From: Bacteroidota bacterium | GTDB taxonomy: Bacteria; Bacteroidota; Bacteroidia; Flavobacteriales; Weeksellaceae | DNA: 64,000 nt | Reading direction: 5' to 3' | Assembly (NCBI GenBank): GCA_018902795.1 | Contig: JAHIQD010000011.1 | Coordinates: 35,201-99,200 of the forward strand | Part shown: positions 37,400 to 49,054 of the stretch, piece after piece | How positions within the stretch are numbered: position 1 is the first letter of the stretch | Layout of the letters: each line of letters opens with the position of its first letter | The notes under the pieces: model-generated | Told to the model about the DNA's origin: nothing | The model's input: only the letters and a program-made list of their open reading frames with translations | Databases searched by the model: none | Translations under genes and position numbers: made by a program

Positions 37400-38692
37400 A
37401 TGAAAACCATCATTAATCCACCATACGCCGACTGGGCTAAATACTGTGAACGGCCTGCTTTTCCTGCTGAAGACCTGGAGGAAAAAGTCGCGGCTGTTTT
37501 AGAGGAAGTTCGTTTGGAAGGCGATATTGCGTTAAAAAGACTGACTTCAGTTTTCGATAAAGTAAATGTGGAAAATATAAAAATTTCCGTGGCAGAAATT
37601 GAAAAAGCCAATTCACAAGTTTCTGAAGAACTAAAACAAGCGATTGCTGTTGCAGCTATCAATATCCGTACTTTTCACACGGCTCAGCAAATGACGGAAC
37701 AGCCCGTGGAAACCATGCCCGGAATTAAATGCTGGAGAAAAAGTGTCGCCATTGAAAATGTAGGTTTGTATATTCCCGGTGGTTCTGCACCGTTGTTTTC
37801 AACGATTTTAATGTTGGGAATTCCCGCTTTAATTGCAGGATGCAGACAGATTGTGTTGTGCACGCCTCCAGACAAAGACGGAAACATTAATCCTGCCGTA
37901 TTATATACCGCATCATTTTTAGGGATTACCGAAATCTTCAAAGTGGGTGGCGCCCAAGCCATTGCGGCATTGGCGTACGGAACGGAAACAATTCCCAAAG
38001 CCGACAAAATTTTCGGGCCGGGAAACCAGTATGTCACCAAAGCAAAAGAACTTGTTCAGAAAAACGGAATTGCCATTGATCTTCCGGCCGGACCAAGTGA
38101 AGTTTTGGTCATTGCAGATTCCAGTGCTGATGCTGAGTTTGTTGCTTCAGACTTGCTTTCTCAGGCGGAACACGGGCCGGACAGTCAGGTTGTCTTGCTT
38201 TCGGATTCTGCTGAGTTCGTAGAGAACGTTAAAGTCGCTTTGAATGAGCAACTCTACTTTTTACCCAGAGCATCCGTCGCGGAAAAAGCGCTTGAAAACA
38301 GTTTTACGGTCGTGTTAAATTCCATCCGTGAATGTATTGATTTCAGCAATGTTTATGCTCCGGAACATTTAATTCTTGCTGTTGAAAAATCGGAAGAATA
38401 TGCTGACAAAATTCAGAATGCAGGTTCGGTGTTCCTCGGGAATTATTCCTGCGAAAGCGCAGGTGATTACGCAAGCGGAACCAATCACACGTTGCCGACC
38501 AACGGCTATGCCAGAAGCTACAGCGGTGTTTCTCTCGACAGTTTCGTGAAGAAAATCACCTTTCAGAACATCAGCAGAGAAGGCATTCAAAATATAGGCA
38601 GAACCATAGAAGTGATGGCGGAGGCTGAACAGCTTGTAGCACACAAAAATGCCGTTTCCATAAGACTCAAAAAAATACAGGATGAAAAGTAA
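37400..38692 (+). CDS. hisD: Histidinol dehydrogenase
   Basis: Motifs AGPSEVLVIAD, QAEHGPDSQ and APEHL. The start could instead be 37382 (the track start). Confidence 0.9.
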   Translation: MKTIINPPYADWAKYCERPAFPAEDLEEKVAAVLEEVRLEGDIALKRLTSVFDKVNVENIKISVAEIEKANSQVSEELKQAIAVAAINIRTFHTAQQMTEQPVETMPGIKCWRKSVAIENVGLYIPGGSAPLFSTILMLGIPALIAGCRQIVLCTPPDKDGNINPAVLYTASFLGITEIFKVGGAQAIAALAYGTETIPKADKIFGPGNQYVTKAKELVQKNGIAIDLPAGPSEVLVIADSSADAEFVASDLLSQAEHGPDSQVVLLSDSAEFVENVKVALNEQLYFLPRASVAEKALENSFTVVLNSIRECIDFSNVYAPEHLILAVEKSEEYADKIQNAGSVFLGNYSCESAGDYASGTNHTLPTNGYARSYSGVSLDSFVKKITFQNISREGIQNIGRTIEVMAEAEQLVAHKNAVSIRLKKIQDEK

Positions 38693-39719
38693 GATTAAAG
38701 AGCTCGTAAGAAAAAACATTCAGGCTTTGGCTCCATATTCCAGTGCTAGAGATGAGTATTCCGGTAAGGAAGGGATCTGTCTGGATGCCAACGAAAACCC
38801 TTTCGGGATCTATAACCGTTACCCCGATCCGTATCAGCCGGCATTAAAAGCAAAACTGGCCCAACTGAAAAACACTTCTCCTACGCAGATATTCATCGGA
38901 AACGGAAGTGATGAAGCCATTGATCTGGCGTTCCGGATTTTCTGTGAACCGGGCCAGGATAAAGCGTTAACCTTTGTTCCAACTTACGGGATGTATGAAG
39001 TTTCGGCGAATATCAATGATGTTGAACTCATTAAACTTCCTTTGAATGAGGAATTCCAAATTGACAGAAATAGCCTTCAGTCTTATTTTTCAGATGAAAA
39101 CCTGAAACTTATTTTTATCTGTTCGCCCAATAATCCCACGGGAAATTTATTGCGTACTGAAGATATTGAATTCATCCTTGATAATTTCAACGGGATGGTC
39201 ATCATTGACGAAGCGTATATTGATTTTTGTGATCAGGCTTCTTTTATTGAGAAAATTGAAAGGTATCCTAATTTAATTGTCATCCAAACCTTAAGCAAAG
39301 CGTGGGGACTGGCCGGAATCCGTCTGGGAATTGGCTATATGGATGAGGAGGTTCTGTCCTATTACAACCGCGTAAAAGCGCCTTACAACATCAGCACGGT
39401 CAATCAGCAGACGGCACTGGATGCTTTGAGTAATGAGGCCGATTATCAGCAGAAAATAAAAGATATTTTAGACGAAAAAGAGCAGTTGATCCTAAATCTT
39501 TCAGGTTTGAAAGGTATCAGAAAAATATATCCTTCAGATGCTAATTTTCTTTTGGTTGAAGTAGATCAGGCAGATGAACTGTATGAAAAACTCATTAACA
39601 GAAAAATTATCGTGAGAAACAGAAACTCTGTGATTAAAAACTGTGTGAGGATTTCCGTGGGAACGCCTGAGGAAAATGAACAATTATTAAATGCATTAAA
39701 AGAATTCAGCAATGACTAA
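38682..39719 (+). CDS. hisC: Histidinol-phosphate aminotransferase
   Basis: Class II aminotransferase with the PLP lysine motif ([15 protein letters not shown]). Overlaps hisD by 11 nt. Confidence 0.9.
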   Translation: MKSKIKELVRKNIQALAPYSSARDEYSGKEGICLDANENPFGIYNRYPDPYQPALKAKLAQLKNTSPTQIFIGNGSDEAIDLAFRIFCEPGQDKALTFVPTYGMYEVSANINDVELIKLPLNEEFQIDRNSLQSYFSDENLKLIFICSPNNPTGNLLRTEDIEFILDNFNGMVIIDEAYIDFCDQASFIEKIERYPNLIVIQTLSKAWGLAGIRLGIGYMDEEVLSYYNRVKAPYNISTVNQQTALDALSNEADYQQKIKDILDEKEQLILNLSGLKGIRKIYPSDANFLLVEVDQADELYEKLINRKIIVRNRNSVIKNCVRISVGTPEENEQLLNALKEFSND

Positions 39720-40803
39720 AAAAGTTTTATTTATAGACCGCGACGGAACCATTATCCGTGAACCTGAAGACTTTCAGATCGACAGTTTCGAAAAGTTGGA
39801 ATTTTTGCCATACGCAATCAGCAGCCTTTCCAGGATTGCCAAAGAACTGAACTATGAACTTGTGATGGTAAGCAATCAGGATGGTTTGGGGACAGATTCT
39901 TTCCCCGAAGATACATTTTGGCCGGTGCAGAATTTCATCATCAGTACTTTAAAAAATGAAGGTGTTCAGTTTAGTGATATTCTTATTGATTCTTCATTTG
40001 AATCTGAAAATAAACCCACCAGAAAACCAAGAACCGGAATGCTCAGCAAATACATCTACGGAAACTACGATCTCGAAAATTCCTATGTGATTGGTGACCG
40101 TAAAACTGATATTCAGCTCGCAGAAAATTTAGGAACAAAATCCATACTCATCAGTAAAGCTGAACATACAGATGCAACTTTGGTCACCAATGATTGGAAT
40201 AAAATTTACCAATACTTAAAATCAGTCCCAAGAATCGGAAAGGTTAAAAGAGAAACCCTGGAAACGTCCATCAATATTGAAGTGAATCTCGATGGAAGCG
40301 GGGTTTCTGACATCAGTACCGGTTTGCCATTCTTTGATCACATGCTTCAGCAGATTTCCAGACACGGCAATCTTGATCTGAATGTTCAGGTAAAAGGCGA
40401 TCTCGAAATTGATGAGCACCACACGGTTGAAGATACCGCCATCGCTTTGGGCGACGCTTTTCTTCAGGCACTTGAGAACAAGAAGGGGATTTCACGTTAC
40501 GGTTTTTTACTGCCGATGGACGACTGTCTGGCGCAGGTGGCTGTGGACTTCGGCGGGAGACCGTGGTTGGTTTGGGAAGCTGAATTTAAGAGAGAAAAGG
40601 TAGGAGATGTTCCCACCGAGCTGTTTTTCCATTTCTTTAAATCGTTCAGCGATCAGGCAAGATGCAATCTGAACATCAAAGCTGAAGGCGAAAACGAACA
40701 CCACAAGATTGAAGCGATTTTCAAAGCGTTCGCAAAAGCAGTGAAAATGGCGGTGAGCAAAACCGATAACTATAACATCCCAAGCACCAAAGGAATATTA
40801 TGA
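39712..40803 (+). CDS. hisB: Bifunctional histidinol-phosphatase / imidazoleglycerol-phosphate dehydratase
   Basis: N-terminal HAD motif FIDRDGT and a C-terminal IGPD domain ([24 protein letters not shown]). Confidence 0.9.
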   Translation: MTKKVLFIDRDGTIIREPEDFQIDSFEKLEFLPYAISSLSRIAKELNYELVMVSNQDGLGTDSFPEDTFWPVQNFIISTLKNEGVQFSDILIDSSFESENKPTRKPRTGMLSKYIYGNYDLENSYVIGDRKTDIQLAENLGTKSILISKAEHTDATLVTNDWNKIYQYLKSVPRIGKVKRETLETSINIEVNLDGSGVSDISTGLPFFDHMLQQISRHGNLDLNVQVKGDLEIDEHHTVEDTAIALGDAFLQALENKKGISRYGFLLPMDDCLAQVAVDFGGRPWLVWEAEFKREKVGDVPTELFFHFFKSFSDQARCNLNIKAEGENEHHKIEAIFKAFAKAVKMAVSKTDNYNIPSTKGIL

Positions 40804-41378
40804 TCGCAATATTGAAATACAATGCAGGCAACGCGCTTTCCGTCGAGAATGCGGTACAGCGACTGGGATTCGAAACGGTGATTACGGATGATGTCGCTTT
40901 GCTTCAGTCTGCCGAAAAAGTGATTCTTCCCGGTGTGGGAGAAGCCGGTTCTGCCATGAATTTTCTAAAGGAAAAAGGGCTGGATGAGGTGATTAAATCC
41001 CTTAAACAACCTGTTCTCGGAATCTGTCTCGGGATGCAGCTGCTTTGCGAATCGTCTGAAGAAGGAAATACTCAAACGTTAGGGATCTTTAAAACCAAAG
41101 TGTTGAAATTTCCGCCTGAAGATCTTGTTCCTCACACCGGCTGGAATAATTTCACCTCCGTAAAAGGGAAACTTTTTGAAAACGTGCAGCCCGAGGAAAA
41201 CTGTTATTTCGTTCACGGTTATTATGCAGAAATCAGTGAGGAAACCGTGGCGGTGACTGATTATATCCTGCCTTTCTCCGCAGCTTTACAGAAAGATAAT
41301 TTCTATGCCACCCAGTTTCACCCGGAAAAATCTGCCCCAACAGGAATACAGATTTTAAAAAACTTTTTAAACTTATGA
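40800..41378 (+). CDS. hisH: Imidazole glycerol phosphate synthase, glutaminase subunit
   Basis: Class I amidotransferase with catalytic GICLGMQ and a C-terminal FHPEKS. Confidence 0.9.
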   Translation: MIAILKYNAGNALSVENAVQRLGFETVITDDVALLQSAEKVILPGVGEAGSAMNFLKEKGLDEVIKSLKQPVLGICLGMQLLCESSEEGNTQTLGIFKTKVLKFPPEDLVPHTGWNNFTSVKGKLFENVQPEENCYFVHGYYAEISEETVAVTDYILPFSAALQKDNFYATQFHPEKSAPTGIQILKNFLNL

Positions 41379-42088
41379 GAATAATCCCGGCCATCGACAT
41401 TATAGGGGGAAAATGTGTACGACTCACCAAAGGTGATTATTCCACCCGGAAAATTTACAGCGAAAATCCTCTGGATATGGCTAAGACATTTGAAGATGCA
41501 GGCATCCAATATCTGCATGTTGTGGATTTGGACGGTGCAAAAGCCAAACAGATTGTCAATTATAAAACGCTGGAACTGTTGGCTTCCCAAACCAATTTGA
41601 ATATTGATTTCGGTGGCGGAATTAAATCAGAAAACGATATTAAAACCGCTTTCGAATGTGGGGCAAAGCAGATTACCGTAGGAAGTATTGCCGCCCAAAA
41701 TCCAGACTTGATGTTAGAATGGATGATGAAATACGGCGCAGAGAAGATCATTTTGGGGGCAGACTGCAGGAACAGGATGATTGCCACCAACGGCTGGCTC
41801 GAAAGCAGTACTCTCGATGTGATTTCTTTTATTAAAGACTACCAAAATAAAGGCGCAAAGTATGGAATTGTAACCGATATCGATAAAGACGGAATGCTTT
41901 CAGGACCGGCTTTCGAACTGTATGAAGAAATCCTTAATGAGACTGAAATCAACCTTATTGCCAGTGGTGGAATCACGACGATAGAAGATGTTCAGAAATT
42001 GAAAACGCTGGGCTGCGAAGGTGCAATTATCGGCAAAGCCATTTATGAAGGCACCATCAACCTTAAAGAATTAACAGAACTATGCTGA
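41375..42088 (+). CDS. hisA: ProFAR isomerase
   Basis: (beta/alpha)8 HisA motifs IIPAIDI and VVDLDGA. Confidence 0.9.
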   Translation: MRIIPAIDIIGGKCVRLTKGDYSTRKIYSENPLDMAKTFEDAGIQYLHVVDLDGAKAKQIVNYKTLELLASQTNLNIDFGGGIKSENDIKTAFECGAKQITVGSIAAQNPDLMLEWMMKYGAEKIILGADCRNRMIATNGWLESSTLDVISFIKDYQNKGAKYGIVTDIDKDGMLSGPAFELYEEILNETEINLIASGGITTIEDVQKLKTLGCEGAIIGKAIYEGTINLKELTELC

Positions 42089-42837
42089 AGAAAAGAATTA
42101 TCCCGTGTTTAGACATTAAAAACGGAAGAACGGTAAAGGGAATCAATTTTGAGGACCTTACCGATGCCGGTGATCCGGTGGAACTGGCCAAAAGATATGT
42201 GGAAGAAGGCGCGGACGAACTTGTATTTCTCGACATTACCGCAACCCTTGAAAACCGGAAAACGCTGACAAATCTTGTCACCCGCATCGCATCGGAAATC
42301 AATATTCCGTTTACCGTGGGTGGCGGCATCAATACACTGGAAGATGCGAAAATGATTATCGATTCAGGAGCGGATAAAATAAGCCTCAATTCTGCGGCGA
42401 TTCTCCGTCCGGAACTGATTTCTGAGATTGCTCTTGCTTTTGGAAACCAATGTGTCGTTCTGGCAATTGATACCAAATTCATCAATAATGAATGGATCGT
42501 TTTCCGCAGCGGCGGAACCATCGTTACGGATTTAAAAGCCACCGAATGGGCCAAGAAAGGGGCAGAATTGGGCGCTGGAGAAATCCTCCTGACTTCCATG
42601 AATAACGACGGAACAAAGAACGGTTTTGCCCTCGATATCAGCAAAGCGGTTTCTGAAGCCGTTACCATTCCGGTGATTGCCTCGGGAGGAGCAGGAACAA
42701 TGGAGCATTTCGCTGAGGTTTTTCACCAAACGAAGGTCACCGCCGCTTTGGCAGCAAGTGTTTTTCATTTCGGGCAGATCCCGATTCCTGAACTTAAAAA
42801 GTATTTAAAAACCCAAAATATCCCCGTGCGACTATGA
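42082..42837 (+). CDS. hisF: Imidazole glycerol phosphate synthase, cyclase subunit
   Basis: Motifs [20 protein letters not shown] and SGGAG. Confidence 0.9.
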   Translation: MLKKRIIPCLDIKNGRTVKGINFEDLTDAGDPVELAKRYVEEGADELVFLDITATLENRKTLTNLVTRIASEINIPFTVGGGINTLEDAKMIIDSGADKISLNSAAILRPELISEIALAFGNQCVVLAIDTKFINNEWIVFRSGGTIVTDLKATEWAKKGAELGAGEILLTSMNNDGTKNGFALDISKAVSEAVTIPVIASGGAGTMEHFAEVFHQTKVTAALAASVFHFGQIPIPELKKYLKTQNIPVRL

Positions 42838-43421
42838 AACCTGATTTTACTAAAACCAACGGCCATATTCCTGTGCTCATTCAGGATGAGGTGAGCCTGC
42901 AGGTACTGATGCTGGGTTATATGAACGAAGAAGCGTTTGATAAAACCATGAAAGAGCAGAAAGTGACGTTTTTCAGCCGAAGCAAAAACCGTCTCTGGAC
43001 GAAAGGCGAAACCTCCGGAAACTTTCTTTGGGTAAAAGACATCAGGCTCGATTGTGATGATGACACTTTACTTATTCTCGTAAAAGCGGACGGACCTACC
43101 TGCCATAAAGGAACGGTTTCCTGTTTCGGTACTGAACAGAAAAAAGGATTTCTGTACCGTTTGGAACAGACTATTCATGAAAGAATAGAAGGGAATGTGG
43201 AAAATTCTTACACCAACCAACTCTACAGAAGAGGCATCAATAAAGTTGCCCAGAAAGTAGGAGAGGAAGCGGTGGAACTTGTGATTGAGGCTAAAGACAA
43301 CAATGCTGAACTCTTTAAAAATGAAGCCGCGGATTTACTGTATCACTATTTAATTCTCCTCAAAGCGAAAGGATTTAGGCTTGAAGAAATTGAACAAACT
43401 TTAAGAGAGCGGGAAAAATAA
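42834..43421 (+). CDS. hisI: Bifunctional phosphoribosyl-AMP cyclohydrolase / phosphoribosyl-ATP pyrophosphatase
   Basis: The HisI part carries [10 protein letters not shown]...GPTCHKG. The HisE part carries [10 protein letters not shown]...EAADLLYH. Confidence 0.9.
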   Translation: MKPDFTKTNGHIPVLIQDEVSLQVLMLGYMNEEAFDKTMKEQKVTFFSRSKNRLWTKGETSGNFLWVKDIRLDCDDDTLLILVKADGPTCHKGTVSCFGTEQKKGFLYRLEQTIHERIEGNVENSYTNQLYRRGINKVAQKVGEEAVELVIEAKDNNAELFKNEAADLLYHYLILLKAKGFRLEEIEQTLREREK

Positions 43422-43658
43422 ACCTTGATTCTCCTGTTTTTTAAATAGAAGAAACAGGATGGGTAATGTTCAATTTTGTCTTATGTTGAACATCACTTTC
43501 TAAATATTCGTATCTTAGTTTCTCGAAATAAGCTTCGGTCAAAGTGCTTCTTTCGCTATCATCGGCCTGCTTTTTTTTGATTTAATCCGTGCTGCATTTA
43601 CGCTTTACTAACCGGTTTACACATGTTGACGCATACTTAAATTAAAAAACATAAAATC

Positions 43659-44504
43659 ATGGAAAAAGAACTTGAAAAAATCCGTACCCAACAAAGGGAG
43701 TCCTGGAATCTGTTTTCTTCGGGATGGAAAAAATGGGATGACCTCACGATGGATTTTATGAAGCCTGTTGGCGACGAAATCATCCGTTTGCTGCATCCTG
43801 CAGACCACCAAATGATACTGGATGTGGCTTCTGGAACCGGGGAACCTGGACTTACTATAGCCTCGATGCTGAAAGACGGTAAGGTGACGCTCACCGACCT
43901 TTCCGAAGATATGCTGACCATTGCCCGGGAAAATGCAGCAAAAAAAGGAATTAATAATATTGAAACGGTCGTCGCCGATGTTTGTGAACTTCCGTTTAAA
44001 GATGATGTTTTTGACGCCATAAGCTGCAGATTTGGAATGATGTTTTTTCCGGATATGTCACTTGCCATGAAAGAAATGGTAAGGGTTCTGAAACCCGGAG
44101 GCAGAATAGCCGTTTCAGTTTGGAATATCCCTGAAAAAAATTTCTGGATTACTGCATTGATGAATGCTATTAATAAAAACATGGACCTTCCAATCCCGCC
44201 GCCGGGCTCGCCGGGAATATTCCGATGTGCCGGCAGCGGAATGATTGCCGGTTTATTTCGCAAGGCAGGATTAAAAAATATTTCTGAAAAAGAGGTCGCA
44301 GGAAAACTGAATTGTGAAACAACAGATCTTTACTGGTCGATGATGACTGAAATAGCTGCCCCAGTTGCAGCTGCATTAAGCAAAGCCAGCGATGAGGTGA
44401 AGGAAAAAATAAAACGGGAAGTCTCCGAGACTATCCATCATCAATATCCTACGGATCCTTTCTTTTTGGATTCCAGTGCGCTCGTTATTTATGGTGAAAA
44501 ATAG
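43659..44504 (+). CDS. Class I SAM-dependent methyltransferase
   Basis: Motif I ILDVASGTGEPG, plus LKPGGRIAVSVW. Confidence 0.85.
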   Translation: MEKELEKIRTQQRESWNLFSSGWKKWDDLTMDFMKPVGDEIIRLLHPADHQMILDVASGTGEPGLTIASMLKDGKVTLTDLSEDMLTIARENAAKKGINNIETVVADVCELPFKDDVFDAISCRFGMMFFPDMSLAMKEMVRVLKPGGRIAVSVWNIPEKNFWITALMNAINKNMDLPIPPPGSPGIFRCAGSGMIAGLFRKAGLKNISEKEVAGKLNCETTDLYWSMMTEIAAPVAAALSKASDEVKEKIKREVSETIHHQYPTDPFFLDSSALVIYGEK

Positions 44505-44571
44505 CAAAAGTCTTTTGAGGAACCAGGTAAAGTCAGGCTCAGTGCCGAAGTGACTACCTTAAAAAGAATGT

Positions 44572-47082
44572 ATGCCAACCACAGAAAATACATTTTGGCA
44601 ATTCGATACCAGCTATTGGTTTCAAAAACTGAACAGTTCGCCGCAGGGTTTATCACAGGCTGTTGCTGATAAGATTTTGTTTGAAAAAGGACTGCATCCC
44701 AAAAGCAAATCAGGTCTTAAAAAGGATTTATTACTTTTTATCAGTCAGTTTAAAAGTCCACTCATGCTTCTGCTGATCGGAGCGGTTATTATTTCGGCAT
44801 TTCTTGGAGACCGGTCGGATGTTTTCATTATTCTTTTCATTGTTTTATCCACCGGTTTGCTGAGTTTTTTTCAGGAAAGAAATGCAGGAAGAGTCGTGGA
44901 GAAACTTCAGTCCATGATTTCTTTAAAAGCAGCTGTATTGCGCAATGGCGAACAGAAGGAAACTGCATCCGACCAAATCGTAACCGGTGATGTAATTATT
45001 CTGAATGCCGGGGATATGCTGCCTGCAGACTGTCTTATTATTGAAGCCAGCGAACTTTATGTTAATGAATCCAGTTTAACAGGAGAGTCCTATCCGGCAA
45101 GAAAAGAAGAAGGGATCGTGGATGAAACCGCCGAACTTACGAACCGGACCAACTGTCTTTGGGAAGGGACTAATGTGGTAAGTGGAAATGCTAAGGCTTT
45201 GGTCATTCAAACCGGTGAGCAAACTATCTTTGGGACTATTGCCAAAAGCGCATCTGGAACTGTAGAAACCTCATTTGAAAAAGGCATCAAAGATTTTGGC
45301 TTTTTTCTGATGAAGATCACCATGATCCTTGCGGTGTTTATTCTGGTTGTCAATCTCTTCAATCACAAAGGTATTTATCGAATCCGCCCTGTTTGCTCTG
45401 GCCCTGGCCATTGGCATGGCTCCCGAACTGTTGCCGGCTGTAACTACCATTGCCATGAGTGCGGGTGCCAAACGGCTGTTGGAAAAAAAAGTGATTGTAA
45501 AAAAACTGAATTCTATACAAAACCTGGGGGAGGTGAATTTATTATGCACCGACAAAACAGGGACGATCACTGAAGGAACCATTACAGTTGCAGGCCTGGT
45601 AGATGGATCCGGAGTTGAAAGCGGGTTTGTAAAACAGCTTGCTTACTGGAATGCTTCTCTTGAAGCAGGATATTCCAACCCCATAGATGAAGCTTTAAAA
45701 CAGCTGAAATTTGATCCTAAAGTTACCGTAACGAAACTTGGTGAAGTGCCTTATGATTTCATTAGAAAAAGACTGAGTATTGCGCTCAGCACCGGAAAAG
45801 AACAACTGATCATCAGTAAAGGCGCTTTTTCTCAAATACTCAGCATCTGTACGGCCATAAGACTTGGTAATGACAGCGTTGAAGATATTGCCGCCCACCG
45901 GGAACAGCTAGAAAATAATTTCGCACAGTATGGCACCAAAGGTTTGCGGGCAATTGCAGTTTGCTATAAACCTATACCGGAAGATAAAATTTCAAAGGAC
46001 TCTGAAACAGCAATGATTTTTGCGGGGTTTGTTCTGATGAATGATGCGGTGAAATCAGGCATTACCGACACAATCAACGCACTGCACCAGCTTAAAGTAG
46101 GATTAAAAATAATCACGGGCGACAATAAAAACGTCGCACAATCTATTGCGCTGGATATCGGGATTAAAAGGCCGGTGATTATGACAGGAAAACAGCTTTC
46201 CAAACCAGTCCGGAAGCATTAAAACAGGTCGTAAAGAAAGTCCATATTTTTGCTGAGGTAGAGCCTCAGGAAAAAGAACGGATTATTCTCGCACTGAAAC
46301 ACAGCCATACTGTTGCTTATATGGGCGATGGAATCAATGATGTTTCCGCCATTAATGCTGCAGATTTAGGCATCTCTGTTGAAAATGCGGGGGATGTAGC
46401 CAGAGAAGCTGCAGATTTTGTGCTGATGGAAAAAGATCTGATGGTTTTGGCTGAAGGAATTAGAGAAGGAAGAAAGACCTTTGCCAATACCCTGAAATAT
46501 ATTTTCATCAATACAGGCTCTACTTTCGGCAATATGTTCAGTGTTGCTTTTGCTTCATTGCTGCTGCCATTTTTGCCCATGCTTCCCAAACAGATCCTGT
46601 TGCTGAATTTATTAACCAGTTTTCCCTTTCTTGCAGTAGCATCCGATAATGTCGACCGCGAGCAGTTGGCAAAACCAGGTAAATGGGATTTGAAAATGCT
46701 GAGAAACTTTATGGTGATTTTCGGATTTCACAGTTCTTTTTTTGATGTAATGACCTTTCTCATCTTATTTTATGTTTTCAAATTCACCCAGGCGCCATTT
46801 CAGACAGGTTGGTTTATTGAATCGATGCTAACACAGCTGTTCATTCTCTTCATCATCCGTACCCATCAGAATTTTTTTAAAAGCAAACCCGGAAAATATC
46901 TTTTTATCTTCAGTATTATTGCTTTAGTCCTCACCATTTTGCTTCCCTATTTGCCCTTTGCAAAAGATATCGGCTTAGCTCCCCTGCCGGTTTTTAATCT
47001 GGGTGCGATGTTATTAATTGTTGCAGCCTACATTTTCACAGCAGATCTGCTGAAAGTCTGGTTTTTTAAAAGACATGTGTAA
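44572..47082 (+). pseudogene. mgtA: MgtA-like P-type ATPase split into three ORFs by two frameshifts
   Basis: Track ORFs 44572-45573 (frame 1), 45329-46222 (frame 2) and 46321-47082 (frame 1) together encode one colinear P-type ATPase (TGES, DKTGTIT, MGDGINDVSA). The frame switches are inferred near 45373 and 46205. Confidence 0.75.
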
Positions 47083-47137
47083 TTTTGAATGGAAGCTAAT
47101 TTGTAAGTAAAAATCAACTTTTTACAACCTTTTTCGG

Positions 47138-47674
47138 TTATCGGTACGGACCTAAAAACTGGTGAGTGATATCGTTCAGGTGATTGTTGACGAAATCTTC
47201 CTCTTCCTGAACATCGATGGCGAGAAGTGTTGCTGCACGGTGATTATTTAAATTGATTGCCAAGTGAGCGGCGGCTCCGTATGCAGCTATTTTATAGTGC
47301 GCAAGTTTTCTTGAAGTCAGTAGAAGTGCGATTTCCCAATTTACAATATCATCGGAAAACACAGTGAAATGTTCATTTGCATCATTCAGCAATGCAATAA
47401 TGGCCGCGCTATATTTAGTTTCAACCAATTCATCCTGCATCTTAAAAATTTTTGCCAGACGCTCCTTATGATTCAGATGAATTTGATAATGATTATTAAG
47501 AATAGTCCTCAGCTGAGGTGCAGATATTTTGCCGCTGATCTCATTAAAAGCTTCTGAAATTGCATTTTCTGCAAAGTACAGTTCTTTTAGCGACTCAGAA
47601 AAAAACAGGTGTAATGTTTTTCTGGAGTCTGAATTTTCCTGGCCGGAATCGTTTTGCTGCAGAGGGTTTTCCAT
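47138..47674 (-). CDS. Ferritin-like DUF892 (YciE/YciF-type) protein
   Basis: 178 aa helical-bundle pattern (LKELYFAENAI..., AIALLLTSRKLAHYKIAAYG). Confidence 0.65.
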   Translation of the reverse strand: MENPLQQNDSGQENSDSRKTLHLFFSESLKELYFAENAISEAFNEISGKISAPQLRTILNNHYQIHLNHKERLAKIFKMQDELVETKYSAAIIALLNDANEHFTVFSDDIVNWEIALLLTSRKLAHYKIAAYGAAAHLAINLNNHRAATLLAIDVQEEEDFVNNHLNDITHQFLGPYR

Positions 47675-47802
47675 GATTGCAGATTATTAAATGGCAAAGC
47701 ATTGTAGCTTATAACTAAAAGTTCTCCGCCAAATGATGATTTATGAGTAGCATCATAACCAATTTTATGCCGATAATTAATGAAGAAATTCTCTAGAAAA
47801 AA

Positions 47803-48951
47803 TTACCAAAGGGCTTTCTGCAGAAGTTCAGCTGCATTTACGATGGTTTCTTCTTTTTTGGCGAAACAGAACCGTATTTTTCCGGTGTTGGCTGTTTCGT
47901 GATAAAACGCTGAAAGAGGAATGCCGGCTACTTTAGCGTTCTGCGTAAGCCAGACTGCAAAATCTTTGTCGGACAGATCTGTAATTTTTCGGAAGTCAAG
48001 AATCTGAAAATAACCAGCCTCTGCTTTTTCGGAAAGGGTAAAAGGTAAATCTTTAAATGAATCCAGGAAAAAATCTCTTTTCTGCTGCATGAATTTCCGG
48101 TTTTCTTCCACATCAAAAATTTCAAGATATTTTGCGAGTGCATATTGCGCCGGCGCATTCACGCTGAAACTTAAATACTGATGAACGCGGCGATAGGCCA
48201 GCGAAAGTTCTTCAGAAGCCAGCACATAGCCCACTTTCCAGCCAGTTGCGTGAAACATTTTTCCAAAGGAAAAGATACTGAAGCACCGTTCCCGAAGTTT
48301 CGGATGGTGAAAAGCACTGTAGAATTCATGATGATCATAGGTAAGAAGGTCGTAAACTTCATCCGAAATGACGGTGATCTCAGAGTTGTCAATAATATTG
48401 GCGAGCTGGTCCCAGTCTTCTTTTTTCCAGATTTTTCCGGACGGATTGTGGGGCGAGTTCACAATTATAGCTCGGGTTTTTACGGTAATTACGTTTTTTA
48501 AGGCTTCAAAATCAACCTCGAAATGATTTTTCAAACTCACAAAAACCGGAGTTCCGCCGTTAACTTCAATCGCGGGAACGTAAGAGTCGTAACAAGGTTC
48601 CAGCACAATCACTTCATCACCCACATTTACAATAGCTGCCAATACCGTATAAATTCCATAGCTCGCGCCGGGAGAAACGGTGATGTTTTCTTTCGAAACC
48701 GATAAGGTGTTTTTTCGCTGTTGATTAAATTCCACTAAATTATCGATGAGCATTGGAAGCCCGGCCATTGGGGCATATTGATTAAAATTTTTCATGGTCC
48801 CTTCGCATAAAAGTTTTTTCAGCCGGTCGTCAATCTCATAGTCCGGGAAACCCTGCGAAAGATTCACAGCATCGTGTTTCTGAGCAAGAGCAGTCATTTC
48901 CGAAAAAATGGTAAGGTCGCTTCCCGAATGTTTTCTTTTAATCATACTCAA
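47803..48951 (-). CDS. Class I/II PLP-dependent aminotransferase (methionine aminotransferase-like)
   Basis: Motifs NSPHNPSG and SFGKMFHATGWKVGY (PLP lysine). Confidence 0.85.
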   Translation of the reverse strand: MSMIKRKHSGSDLTIFSEMTALAQKHDAVNLSQGFPDYEIDDRLKKLLCEGTMKNFNQYAPMAGLPMLIDNLVEFNQQRKNTLSVSKENITVSPGASYGIYTVLAAIVNVGDEVIVLEPCYDSYVPAIEVNGGTPVFVSLKNHFEVDFEALKNVITVKTRAIIVNSPHNPSGKIWKKEDWDQLANIIDNSEITVISDEVYDLLTYDHHEFYSAFHHPKLRERCFSIFSFGKMFHATGWKVGYVLASEELSLAYRRVHQYLSFSVNAPAQYALAKYLEIFDVEENRKFMQQKRDFFLDSFKDLPFTLSEKAEAGYFQILDFRKITDLSDKDFAVWLTQNAKVAGIPLSAFYHETANTGKIRFCFAKKEETIVNAAELLQKALW

Positions 48952-49054
48952 ATTTATAAATAAACTTTTTAAAAATAACTCATCATTAACGCAATATCTT
49001 CAAAAAGGAATTTTAAAAATATATTTGCTATTTTTAAAACTTCAAAAAATATCT

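Noticed and set aside
42063-42668. Long antisense ORFs inside well-supported genes: 42063-42668 (201 aa, in hisF), 43637-44263 (208 aa, in the methyltransferase), 6797-7294 (SDR), 27541-27996 (lpd), 52273-52821 (uvrA), 14442-15026 (AraC/hydrolase), 9831-10289 (CoA-transferase) and 37348-37662 (hisD).
   Set aside because: These are shadow ORFs on the strand opposite strongly conserved genes, with low-complexity or odd composition and no independent signals. An overlapping real gene is much less likely than an artefact.
43444-43581. A 46-codon open frame on the minus strand in the hisIE-methyltransferase gap (…QADDSERSTLTEAYFEKLRYEYLESDVQHKTKLNITHPVSSI*) that looks protein-like.
   Set aside because: It has no ATG or GTG start (only an internal TTG), it is bounded upstream by a stop, and it overlaps the hairpin after hisIE. 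It could be a gene relic or a micro-ORF, but I cannot support it from sequence alone.
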